In this document: positions 13,452 through 25,391 of the stretch, in pieces
How the letters are laid out: each line of letters starts with the position of its first letter
Position numbering within the stretch: position 1 is the first letter of the stretch
Notes under the pieces: model-generated
Told to the model about the DNA's origin: nothing
Database searches by the model: none
The model's input: only the letters and a program-made list of their open reading frames with translations
Assembly: GCA_964035545.1 (NCBI GenBank)
Contig: OZ037770.1
Coordinates: forward strand, 10,870,463 to 10,934,462
DNA length: 64,000 bases
From: Bugula neritina
Lineage: Eukaryota; Animalia; Bryozoa
Direction of reading: 5' to 3'
Translations under genes and position numbers: made by a program

Positions 13452-13612
13452 TGTTATAAGGAGCCCCGGGTTGAGGGTGACTAAGTGCAGCAGCTTGTGA
13501 TTCTCAAGTTTGGGGTTGGAAGTGTAGGTTGGAACTTTGAGCCCCCAACTTTAAACTTGAGACCCACAAATTACTGCCTTAAATCACTTTCAACTCAGGG
13601 CTGCTAATAGGA
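13452..13612. mobile_element. Palindromic MITE (TATAAGCAGCACC family)
   Basis: TATAAGGAGCCCCGGGTTGAGGGTGA ... TCACTTTCAACTCAGGGCTGCTAATA, with internal inverted TCTCAAGTT / AACTTGAGA as in the 55735 copy. Confidence 0.7.
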
Positions 13613-14438
13613 AATTTCGTGCAAGTCTTCTATCAACAATGGTTATTACTACTGTAGCTGATACTTCTAACCACAATAATGCATATTCAATTTTAATGCT
13701 TCTAACAAATACTTGTAACAGAATAATAGATGGTCCTTGATTGTTGGCTATTGAAAACAAAAGTTTTAGGTCATATGGTCATGGAATATTCTAGTTGAAT
13801 GTCACAAACAATCCTAGGCAATTTTAAAGCACAAATACTCTAGTTTCTGGTTGACTAAGTTGTACACAAAGAAGTTCTGAAAGCTGCCCAACTTTTACAA
13901 CCAACTTTTATATTTGGATGATTAAATTATTCTATTTGATTGTTCAAGTAGATGTTCTAGTTTGTTTTTGTTTACTAGAGTCATATATATTCTTAAGTTC
14001 TTAAAATCTCATGGCTACTGTATTCATAAACAGAGCCAACTGTTTACTATAACACAGTAAGATGACAACAGCCGTGTTTCTTGCTTTGGCACACAGAGTT
14101 GTATGGTGTAAAGCCATTTGAAAGAAGTGGAAAACCTTGGGTTGTCATATATTTGATGTTTTTATTGTGGAGACTATAATGCTTGATGGATTAAAGTACT
14201 CTAACAAATTATTCAAACTGTTTTCTATAAGAGATGCGTTATCTTAAAATTTGGTAAATAATGAATCATATTATAGAGCAGAAAATGGAAATGAAAAGTT
14301 TTAAAGTACAACTTTATATTTTTATAGTAAGCTTGTAATGTGCCAAATATCTAATTTCATACTGAACTGTTTCTATATTATATATTATATTCCTAATATA
14401 GAGACACAATGATGGCTTGTGTGTAGTAAAAATAAAGC

Positions 14439-16769
14439 ATGAGTTCTACAGGAGAGTGGAGCCTAGCACCTCAGGGACGGGTGTTCTGCCAGCACTATGT
14501 TGTACAACGAAGTCTAAAGGCTGGAGCTCAGGTGAAGAGACTCAAGTGAGTCATTTTCTGGCAAAGATACTTTTATAGAATGTTTCTTGAAGTTAGCCTA
14601 TACATTCAAGTGCAATAGTGAAGAAATTTCAATAGCTAAAGTTTTTAGTTTTCTTTATATATTTTGGTTTGGGCTGCAGTTTAATTTCTCGTAATAACAT
14701 AACTTTTTTGCTACATTTATAATTTAGAACACAGGCTCTACTCAATTTCTCCATTACTGCACCTGCTTCTACATCTAAAGTTGATACAAAGTGGACTGGC
14801 ATATTTAAACTTTGTCTTTTGCTTGTTGAATGTAGCTTGAAACTGGTGCTGCATTCTTTAATAGCAATCTATGTGAACAGTATTTGATATTATGCATTAG
14901 AGGTTCTATAGGTCTTTGTAAGCATGGTTGGGGGGAGGTCATAAATTCTTTAACCCCTCCTCCTACCTCACAGCATTGATCTTTGGACTATAACTTTTCC
15001 TTTGCTGTCAAATTTCTACAAATATTTACATACTACTGACATGACATGTTTTCATAGGGAATAGCCTGGGAAAGTGTAATCCAACTGTGAGACATTCTAT
15101 TGCCACCCTCTCTATTAGTAAAATGCCCAATTAGGAATTAGGTTGTTCTCCCACAACTAGCTTATATTATGCATGTGTGTATCTATATTTAGTCCTTGGC
15201 AACATATTTATTATACTTATTAGCTTTGAAAAGAAAAATTATAAGCTGTCTTTTTTTGCAATTCCCATTAAGTAGGAGAGAAAAAGGAGAAAATTCGATA
15301 CTTAATAATAGTAATAAGTTGTCTATATAAATTATGAAGTTATGAAGTTGGTGTAAAGTGAATCCAGCTTGTGTTGTGTGAAAAACTAAATCTTATTATA
15401 GTAGATCCATAAGTTAGAATGTGGGTAAAAAACGCTAACTGTTATTGCTGTATGCCTTTAAAAGAGATTACAAGATAATTACTAGTACTAACTGGAACTA
15501 GTTGTGAAATAAGCCGTGATCTCCAGGGCAGTAAAATTAGTATAAAAATAATCAACAACTTTGACTGCTAAATAATATCTTAATGATTGATGGGTGTCTA
15601 AACAAGTTGAATTGTGAAGTATTTCTACATGCTGCATAAATTATGCTCTCAGTTTAGCAACATTACGTATAGTAGGCTTAAGATTCTAATCTTTGCTTAA
15701 TATTTATTCAAATCTATTTTTAGAGAAATCACAATCACACTGGCTATTTATAACCTGCTTCCAGACTTCTGCAGAATTTCTGTGGTTTCCTACTTTTTTT
15801 ACTAGCCTAATCTGGGAATATGTTTACTACAGCAGATATAGGCTATGAGCACCCTTCCAACAAGCAATGCATAACCAATTAGCTTGACATAATGACAAAT
15901 TTTATACTAAATAAGCAAATGCAGTGGCTAAGAAATGATTAATAATAATATACATTTGATAAATCAAATTGAGAGCCGCTATATATGCACTTGATAAGAT
16001 AACTGATAATAGTTATTAAAGGCAATCCAGACTCTAAAGAGATGAACTTTCCATCATGGTGTTTACTTAGGCTGTATCTTGTAACAAACAAGGTACAATA
16101 ACTCAAACATTATCAAACGTATATCAGTGTTCAAATATCAGTATAGTGCATGCTCCTTAACAACATAAATACCACATAAGATCAAGCAAATACGACATAA
16201 AATCAGACGATTGTTCGCTCATACACTATTTTACAACTAATTTACAGTGTACCACATGCAGTTATATTGCTATTATATGCTTGTAATGTGATGTGTTAAT
16301 GATTGATGTCTAATATACAATAAACCGAGCTTTGCTAAGTAAACGGGAGGTCATATAGGTTTGAGCCCAGACAAAGTCCATTGGTGATGTTAGGAAGAGC
16401 ATCCAGTCATAATTGCTACTGTGCCTCATTTAAATAAGTCCTTAGCCCTCTTTAACAAAAACCCTTTCTACCAAAGGTTTCTCACAGGGATAGCGACTAT
16501 AAACTTGCGTGAGTTTTTTTAATATACCGGCCATAAACTATACAGCTAAAATATTGGCAACATTTTGATAATTAGCAGTTTGAGAGGTCAAATATGGCGA
16601 ACTCATCGTTAAAACTTTCAAGTAATTTTATTTTGGCAGTATTAGGTGCTCAGTTTTCTTAAATCAAATTGTAGTTATCAATCGTTGATCAGTATCGTTT
16701 GAGAAAAATATTTCCCAAAACTTAATGGCTATGATCAGCTGAACATTGGGATAAGTATGTCCTTTCTAT

Positions 16770-16806
<37 letters not shown>

Positions 16807-19800
16807 TTTCAGGAAGCTGCAGGGACACTGTGAAATAATAAATGCCATCTGTATTAAGCAAATATATATACCATGCCTTACCTGCTCAAAAATTTCTCAT
16901 AGTCTTATAATTTATGAGAGCTACAAAAAGGTGTGTCTTTTTTACAGAAAGTCATTATTCTACTCTACAGATCTCTGTTTTACACCAAGTCTGGGTGTGA
17001 AGTCAATGATGTCTACGCAGGAAGAATGCTGGAGATCCTGCAGACCATGGAGCACCTGCACCCCAGTGTCTACAAGTCTTGCTCTGCCACACTAAAAGTC
17101 ACCATGTCTTCGGATGACCAAGTCAGATGGTCTTACGAGAATATCACCAAAGAGTTACTCAAAACAGGAGTCAATTGGGGTGGGTCTAACAGAAGCGATG
17201 CTAGTTCTTATAGGTATTCAGGCTAATTATAATTATGTCAGCACTCTTTGGTTTTGAAAGAAATTCATTGTTTTATTTTTGAACTTTGGCTAATATAGAT
17301 GGTTAAATTTTGAAGCCAGGCAATGCTTCAAATAACCAAGAATCAAAGAACCTCTATATATATATATATTTAGAGTCTCATTGGACTTGACCAGTGTAGC
17401 GGCCGTTTATAGGTTTTGGTGTTGATTGTACTTTATTGGAGCCGTAAGTCTCGACTGATGCCATAAGGCAACGTGAAAACTATAGTAGTAATGTATAAAA
17501 CAACATGTTAGTAAAAATATGCAAAGATGTCTTATATAATAAGTCACCAAGTTATTGTCAAACAATTAAGATTTCATATTATATTAAAATGTAAAAATAT
17601 TAGTAATTATTAAGAATAACTGTATTACTTGATTGGCTCTACTAGTTCTATAAAACGGCTGCACTAGTCATGGCTCTAGCACTTGACCTACCATGGCTAG
17701 ACCAAGTCTAGAACAAAGCATGATGTGCAGCTTACAAGTATTTATATGGCTAGTTAAAAACTGATTAGTTTACAAGATGTGTAAGCTAACATAACACAGT
17801 TCAAAACAGGGGCTAATGCTATGGAAAACAAATATGGTTGAAAGTTAATGAGAATAAGGTTGACAAGTTAAGTATAAGTAGTTTGTAGATGCATTTTCAT
17901 TACTTGGGTTTATATTTATTTGCACTAACAGAATGTGTTGCAAAAGAGCCATACTGGCCTTTATAACCAGAGCACTGTGAATTAGGAGCAATATGTTTAT
18001 CAATTAATATTATGTGAAATTATCTTCTCATATATTGCTTTACTGTGTGTCTTCAAATGTTTAATAAGAGTTTATTTTTTCCATTGGTGCTTGGGATATT
18101 TAATAAAACAATAAAACAGTTTTAATATAGCAAAGGCATGATTTGAATTAATAGTTTTACTAGCATTCATACATTATATTTGGGACAGATGAAATTTAAT
18201 TTATTACATGATAGGCTGATTTTATTGAAGCACCCAAAGAGTCAATAACGTAACACAGTTGTTTTAGTATTTAATCACAACCTTTGACCTCTAGTATCAG
18301 AAAATATGTGTTTAGTATTATGATACAATCACCGGCTTTCCATGGATCGATCTCAGATCGATCTTAGTGAGATCGATCCATGGAAAGACGCCAAAGATCG
18401 ATCTCCGTCGATCTGAGCTGGTCAGTCTGTAGAGCTCGAACTCAGATCGATCTCATGTCAATAAGACCATGGAAAGACGCCAGATCGATCTGAGAAGGAG
18501 AAAAAGACTGCGCGCTACAATGTTGTCTGCTAATAAAAATGATAACTTGTTGATAATTACTAAGCAAAGTATTAAATAAATATGATAGCCACCTTTTTAG
18601 ATGCCAAAACTTTGACTTTCAATACAATGATTAAGAAAACTCAATTATATGCAGTAGGAGGTAAAAAAAAATGGGAGAATTTAAATTGAATTTAAATGAC
18701 TATTAAAACTTAGTTTCATTAGCTATTTTCTTTGTAATTTCAAGCCTAACATTCCTGTAAGTTTATTAATATAATCTGCAAGACAGCCATTAATTTTATA
18801 AAAGCTGTCAAGCTAAAAAATTAAAAATAATTATTTTAAATTGGCCAAATTACCATACACTGAAAGCTTTGCTGCGTATAGTTTATAGCTGGGATTAAAT
18901 TTTAGACTACAACCGTCTTGTTTTCAACAGTAGTAGCTTTAATCACTCAAATAGGTGAACAAATTATACTTTTAAAGTATCCTTCACTTAAGAGGAGGCA
19001 ACTTTGTGAGATCGATCTAACACTCTCATGGAAAAACGATCGATCTGAGCACATTTCTCAAATCGATCTTAGCGAGATCGATCTGAGATCGGTACATGGA
19101 AAGCCCGTGAATGAGTTTGGCTAAACATTACATTTTAAAATGAGATGAGCAGCTGCAATTGTATGTAATAACCTACATATTATGCAATAATTATTTTCTC
19201 TATAGCTACTTTCTCGTCCTTTTGTGTGATATGAGCAAATGCTGTTTGGGGTTTTGTCAAATTTACTGCCGCTATATTTTTCAATGATGCAACATGTTTG
19301 TAAGTATCATATTTTTAGCATTTATAACATTTATAGCAACCAATCCTTTAGACTTGTTAAACTCATATTTTGTTTAATTTGGTCACAGGAAAACTGATAT
19401 CGATATTCACAGTATGTGGAGCTTTAGCAGATGACTGCGTGACACAAGGTCACACTGACTTCTTACCTGTCATACTTGATTGCTTCGAAGAAAGCTGCTC
19501 TCATCCTTTACTCAACACTTACCTAAAAGAGGTCAATGGCTGGGTAAATTTTGCAGAGATACTTTAATCTAGCATACTGTATGTCACAATATTAATCAAA
19601 ATATTGTTTTTAGAACTGAATTAATATTTAGTCCATATAAAAAAACCCAGCAAGTTTATAGTCAATATCCCTGTGAGAAACCCCTGTTGGACAGGGTTTT
19701 TGTTAGAACGGGCTAAGGGCTTCTTCAAATGAGGCACAGGAGCAATTATGACTGGATGCTCTTCCTAACATCACCAATATGGCCTTTGTCGGGGTTCGAA

Positions 19801-20234
19801 ACCAAGACTTTGTGTTCACTAAGCAAACGCTTTAACCCCTAGACCATGGCTGCTCCCATTTAGTCTATATAACCTTGGTTTTAATATTTCAATGTTTTTT
19901 CTATGCCTGGCAGCAGTTTTAGTCTCACTACATTTAAGTAAGCACTGGTATGAAGTTTTGGAACATACTTTTTAGAACATTTTATTCCTGTTTACAAAGA
20001 GTTGTCTTCTATTTGTAGAAAGGAGTCATTGAGTACTATGACAACCAAGTAAATAACAAACAGAGAAGCAAAGCCACTGACAATGACAAAATAGCATTAA
20101 TTATTTCCAAGTCGATAGAAATGTTCCAGCATTTATCTCAGTATATTGACAAGAGGTTGATATCTGCTATGGTACTCGTGATTCTGACAGTTCTGACATT
20201 TACCAAAATATTCTTCAAAGATACCAAAACCTAG
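14439..20234 (+). CDS. BOK: Bcl-2 family protein, BOK-like (228 aa, 4 coding exons, C-terminal membrane anchor)
   Basis: Exons 14439-14545, 16971-17179, 19389-19543 and 20019-20234 are in phase (687 nt). BH4-like QGRVFCQHYVVQRSLKAG; HPSVY (RPSVY in BOK); BH1 GVNWGKLISIFTVCGALADDCV with the BOK-type WGK and LAxDCV; BH2 YLKEVNGW; hydrophobic tail LISAMVLVILTVLTFTKIFF. Confidence 0.85.
14665..14770 (+). repeat. Dispersed repeat, family 2 (probable SINE fragment)
   Basis: AACATAACTTTTTTGCTACATTTATAATTTAGAACACAG...CTCCATTACTGCACCT is also found at about 44386-44490. Confidence 0.65.
16327..16521 (+). mobile_element. tRNA-derived SINE, family 1, 5'-truncated
   Basis: Shared body and tail (…GACTATAAACTTGCGTGAGTTTTTTT). 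Confidence 0.85.
17371..17679. mobile_element. Degenerate MITE with terminal inverted repeats
   Basis: TGACCAGTGTAGCGGCCGTTTATAG versus CTATAAAACGGCTGCACTAGTCATGGCTCTA; a related end GCTAGAGCCATGACCAG occurs near 49587. Confidence 0.5.
18330..19109. mobile_element. Non-autonomous DNA transposon (CMC/CACTA-Chapaev-like), 780 bp, in BOK intron
   Basis: TIRs CACCGGCTTTCCATGGATCGATCTCAGATCGATCT / AGATCGATCTGAGATCGGTACATGGAAAGCCCGTG; 3-bp AAT duplication on both sides; subterminal AGATCGATCT arrays; no transposase ORF. Confidence 0.85.
19641..19857 (-). mobile_element. tRNA-derived SINE, family 1, full length with target-site duplication
   Basis: A box TGGTCTAGGGG and B box GTTTCGAACCC; 15-bp flanking duplication ATTTAGTC(C/T)ATATAA at 19626-19640 and 19858-19872. 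Confidence 0.92.
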
Positions 20235-21618
20235 CCTATTACTAAGTTTTTTATTTATTGTTTTATGCAATGACATTGTTAGAAAATTAACTATATACAA
20301 TTAAAAGATTTTGAAACTGGTTTTTTTCCAACTTCACTTAGTTAGATTTAAATCCATGGAAAAAACTTGGCGAACAGTTTTGAAGTATTTTATTAACACT
20401 TTTTGTTTGCAAGTCTATCATAGCTACTGATTCATGTTTTGTTTATAAGGTTTTATTATTATTTAATTGAAATGCTACTAAATGTTTTTTAAACCTCAAG
20501 TATTTCATTATGGAGATATTTGGTTTGTAAGTTAATCAGCTTAGTAAAGTGCTGTACTATTGTCTTGTCAAATGTCAATACACTTTTATGATTTTATATT
20601 CCCATATGCATGTCTGCTTGGTTGTTATGCAGGTGAATATAGAGTTTCAATCAAACTATATGACTAATAATAATGATAATATACAAATCAGGTTGTTTCA
20701 ATAAATTGGAGTCATCTACTCAATATTGAAATTTTAGAGTTTGACAACTGCTATAAAAACCTGCTTTGGACACGGTGAGGAAACTTAGGCAGCCACTTTT
20801 ACAATGGAACTCATGATGAAAGCAATAGAATTTACATTATATATAATATTATAGTATTATATATACCTCAATTTGTATGCAGCATCTGATTTGGGATTTT
20901 TCCCCTCATCAGCACTGAGCAAAGCCTCATGGCCCACACCTACACAATAGTAGAAAATTATAGTTTTACTAAAGCATATTTAAAAGGTGTGTAAGCTCAA
21001 ATCAGAGTGCTCAAGTGACTCTAGGGGTCACCTAGGAGTCGCAAGGCTTGCAAAATGCTAGCAGCTTCAGTTTGTGACCGTACAGTTGAAAAGCTCAATC
21101 ACTTATTGTCATTGCTGAGCATATAGTGAAAGCTTTTATTTATTTTTGAACTAAGAAAATATGTTATTTTGGCTTCCAATTATATTTCTTTCAGATGGGA
21201 GTTAATTTATTAATGTTTCTAAATTGCTTGGTATGTTATATCATACAACTTTGAACAGCTTTTAGTTGAACCAAAATAGAGGCCTTTGAAGTTGCACTGT
21301 TGTTATTATTGACTGCAGCTTTATATAGTATAGCTTTTGGCCAGTATATAATAAGTCATTTTCTATACAACAACAATATCTATATTTTGACTAATAGAAA
21401 ATACAATAAATTGGATACATATGATTAAAATGATACGATAAAACGACAGTAAACATTCATAGAGTGTCAAAACTCAGCTCTCATGTCTCTTCAAACAAAC
21501 AGTATGAAAACAGCTAACAGACTTCATTGCCTGTAAGTTTAGGGCCTCATGGTGCAATTTAACCGCCGATTTACTTGCCCAGAGCGTGTGAGAAAATCTG
21601 TTTAGCCCAAAAGTGGGA

Positions 21619-21672
21619 TGGATGTGGTGTGTGGGGAGGATGTGGTGTGTGGGGGGGATGTGGTGTGTGGGT
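21619..21672. repeat. Three 18-bp G-rich tandem repeats (GGATGTGGTGTGTGGGG[A/G])
   Basis: Directly visible in the sequence. Confidence 0.8.
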
Positions 21673-22505
21673 TTCATGCAGATAATATGCTGAGCTTCAA
21701 GTGCAGAAACCTCCTGCGAGTTTGAGCTAATTGGCTGGTTAATGGTTAGCCAACACTCTTTTTAAATTTCAATTCAAGTTTTTGTTTTTAGCGAGCTGAA
21801 TTAAAACAGTTTCATAAAGTTTGCATTTCCAATATCAAAGTCACTTTGCAAATGACAAGGTAAAAAACAACCGTCTCTAGACCAGCAGTAAAGGTAAACT
21901 CCAATATCATTAGCTAATAAATTTCCACACTCCCAACACACAGACTGTGTGTGGCAACTAGGTCGCTCCCGGGATGGTTTTTCGTAATTTAGATTTGCGA
22001 GGGAATCCCCGCACCTTGTGGCCCTACGCTAAATGCTTCACAAATTGATGAGAATAATTCAAAACTTGTATCTTAAATTAAACTAATAAATACTGACAAA
22101 GACAAAGGCTATAATAGCTGGAACATAAAACTTCACAATCCTTTAACTTGATTACGTCTAACTTGCTCCTTGGAATAGTTTAAACTTTTGTCATTTCACA
22201 TCAGGAGATATACCAACAATTATAACCAATTAGCATACGTACAATATATCCTATAATATATCTGTCAACTGATATTGAGCAACTATAATATTTGACCTGC
22301 ACACTAATTATAACAGAGTTACAAGTATGACTGCAACTACATTTATTAGACTCACTTTATCACATGGGTAATTAATGTGATCAGTATTGAGGTTTAGACA
22401 AGCGTTGAATCCAGATAAATTTTTTCTTATTTCTGCTTTCAATAATTTTTAAAAATAATTGTTCTGACTTTTCAAATACAATAATAAATGACTGCATTTT
22501 TTATT

Positions 22506-22632
22506 ATTGCTAGAAGCAGCACTGACTGAGTACAGCATAAAATTTTTTATTTGAATTCAAAGCTCTCAACTGCAAATTTGTGACTCCAAAAATGTACTGG
22601 GTGACCACCAACTCAGTGCTGCTTTAAGCTAT
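22506..22632. mobile_element. Palindromic MITE (TATAAGCAGCACC family), degenerate
   Basis: GCTAGAAGCAGCACTGA ... TCAGTGCTGCTTTAAGC inverted ends. Confidence 0.6.
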
Positions 22633-22745
22633 TTAATGTCCAACTTTTTTCCAATTCAAAAAGGAACACAGTTACAGTTGTTATAAGAGTTACAATAGGG
22701 TTAATCAGACTATTTCAAAAGCAACGCTATTGAAGCTTTTTATTT

Positions 22746-25391
22746 TCAATACCCATGAACTTCAATCTCATTCAGATTAAGTGTAGTTCTGGCATTGAAT
22801 AGAATCTGAACAAAGTGGCCACTGATTGGTTGATCACATGTAATCAGAGTGTAGTATTGGTTGAGATAACCATCAACATATTTACACAGAACATTTCTGT
22901 TAGATCCAGTAAACTCAATATCTTCCTCTACCATAGCAACTGTTACTTCTGTGTTGATTGATCTTTGACTCTGGTCAATTCCTAAAAATACATTCATATA
23001 AAAAAAATTATATTATTTATTTTGTAAATAATATGTCATCCTCACCAAGATTAGTCAATCTATAAATAAGTATTTCGTTAAGAACTAAAAGACAACAAAT
23101 TTTGTCGATTTTAAAAACGAAAAAGATAATTTTTAAAATAATGAATATCTTTTATTATTATATGTTTTTAACATACATGTATATATATACATGTATGTTA
23201 ATGTAGCTTAATGTTTGATTATAACATGCATGTTGAAAATCTTCAATACTATACATGGTTAATTAGTTAAACATCTATACCATGCATATTATATAGCATG
23301 CATACAAATAAGCACTTGAAATAATAGTAGGCTTTATAAATTTCAGAAAGACGCTGTGTTAAATTATGAAAGTAAATTTGTAAATAGACTTTGTAATAAT
23401 ATCTTTCAACTTTCATAAAGTAATACTAGCTAAATATTTTTATAAACTTATGTGCACAAAAATGCTTCATTCAAATTAAATATTACAATAATTAATAGAA
23501 TTCACATCTATGGTGATTGTAAAAAAAACTCAAGCTTATAGAAAAACTAAAATGGCTGCCTAAAAAGATGATTAGTAAATTATATGTAATAAAGATATTC
23601 CCTCATTATATTTAGGTCAACTTTACAATAATTTAAAAAGCTATAATTGCATGAGTGAAATTTTTAGCAAAACAATTTTAAAGCTTTGCATTACCATTAT
23701 ATCTGTTCAGTATGTTCACAGCCCAGACACAGTGTACATCTCCCAGGTCTACTCTCCACCATGGTCTAGTCTCATAGTTGCTGTGTGCCATTGAGCTGTG
23801 GGGTCCGTCGGTTGGTTCATAAATCCCATCTACAGCCATGCCAGCTTCATGGGAGATTTGCGCTTGAGGACTAATTCGGACAGATGAGAGCTTTGCTGAT
23901 TTACCTGAAAAAAGATGTTTTGTTAAATCAATTTTATTAAAATTCAAAATAGAAATAAAACTCAATGGTAAATAAATTTAAAGCTAAAGTCAGAGTGTAA
24001 AGCATTAAAAAAGTATATAAGACTTCATTCAAGAAAACTTGACAATTTGGTAATTAGATGAATTAAAAACTGCGCGTTTTTATTTAATTTTAAAACAAAA
24101 ACAATGAAATTTATTTCAAAATAATATAAATTAGTGTAAATTTAACTAGCCAAAATACTCACTCCTAGCTAGTAATTTACTAAAATCTTTTCCAACATCT
24201 GCTCGAATGTAGAAATCAAAACCATCTCCCTGTCCTTCAGAATACAGATTAGGGTTAACACATGTTTTAACAGAGCACTTCTTAGTGAGCCAATCAAATG
24301 TGAATCCATTGCATTCTTCCTTTCTGCTACAATCGAAACCACAGTAGCTGGTGGAGATGGCTGTCCCAGAGTCATGTTGAGAAATGTTGGACAGAGATTC
24401 TGGCATGACATAACTCTTGTAGAGGACAGTCTGGTAGCGAATTACAGCAAGAGCTGTGAGCGGTGCCATCAACACTGCAAAGAAGATCAACGACAATCAT
24501 AATAGAGCATAGATAGTTAGGAAATAAATTTAGGTAAAAAGAAATCTTTTACATTTGTGGCCTTTTACATGCATGGTTGAAGGAAAAACAAGACATCAGA
24601 CAATAAACTTGTGAGACCTTGAAATTATAAACTTCCTTAAACAATTCATGCCTGTATAGTTACCACTTTGCCAGCATCTACAAGTTCTACTACATACTCA
24701 GTCAAATTTTGCTTTATTTTACCTCAGAGTAATACGTATATATTATATAGGAAACTATACTATAGCAAAAACCTGTTTTAGAAATTTTCACATGCAGGTA
24801 TATAATATATATATATATATATATATAATATAGTATAATATAATATAATATAATATAGTATAATATAATATAATATAGTATAATATAATACAATATAGTA
24901 TAATATAATAATTTAACTTACACAATTTGCAACTCAGAAAGCTGCCAACCATCATCTCACAAATATCTAATATACCTGTAGCAGAGAAACAATTTTGTAG
25001 CAAACTTTCAAGAATTATGTTTCAGTTGAAGAAAACATGTTGTTATCACCGATGCAAAAATTTATTAAAATTATAATAGCATTTCTAGTGATCCTTCAGA
25101 AGTACAGTAAATGGTATAAAGATATTGATTATGGTACGGTCAAGAACCTTTATTTCATGAGTTGTGCAAACTAATAATACTAATTGCTTTTATTTCATTT
25201 TGAAAAAATAAGTTATACTTGTAGAAGTAATCAGAAATTAAACAAAAACACATGTATATGCCAAACAAAACTAGTGATTGATCATGTTCTTTAATCTAAA
25301 ATAATGAACTTTACTTAAAGATTGCATTTGCAAACAACTTTTATTTCAAAGGCTATAAAAATAAAATCAATGTTTTACCTGTTTGTAACAT
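22746..25391 (-). CDS. Secreted PAN/apple + F-type (fucolectin) lectin domain protein, copy A (about 256 aa)
   Basis: Exons 25391-25379 (tentative), 24474-24163, 23904-23695 and 22981-22746, all introns phase 1. PAN-like CGFDCSRKEECNGFTF...C. F-type lectin hallmarks AVDG, HS...PWWRVDLG, ILNR, GHFVQI, LNLNEIEVHG. Confidence 0.85.
24801..24912. repeat. (TA)n followed by a (TATAA/TATAG)n pentamer microsatellite
   Basis: Directly visible in the sequence. Confidence 0.9.

Noticed and set aside
15724-15790. Possible extra BOK exon after TTTTTAG
   Set aside because: Exons 14439-14545 and 16971-17179 already join in phase with BOK-like spacing, and no convincing donor follows.
21474-21677. ORF with HHIPPT repeats
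   Set aside because: The repeats derive from the 18-bp tandem repeat; no other coding evidence.
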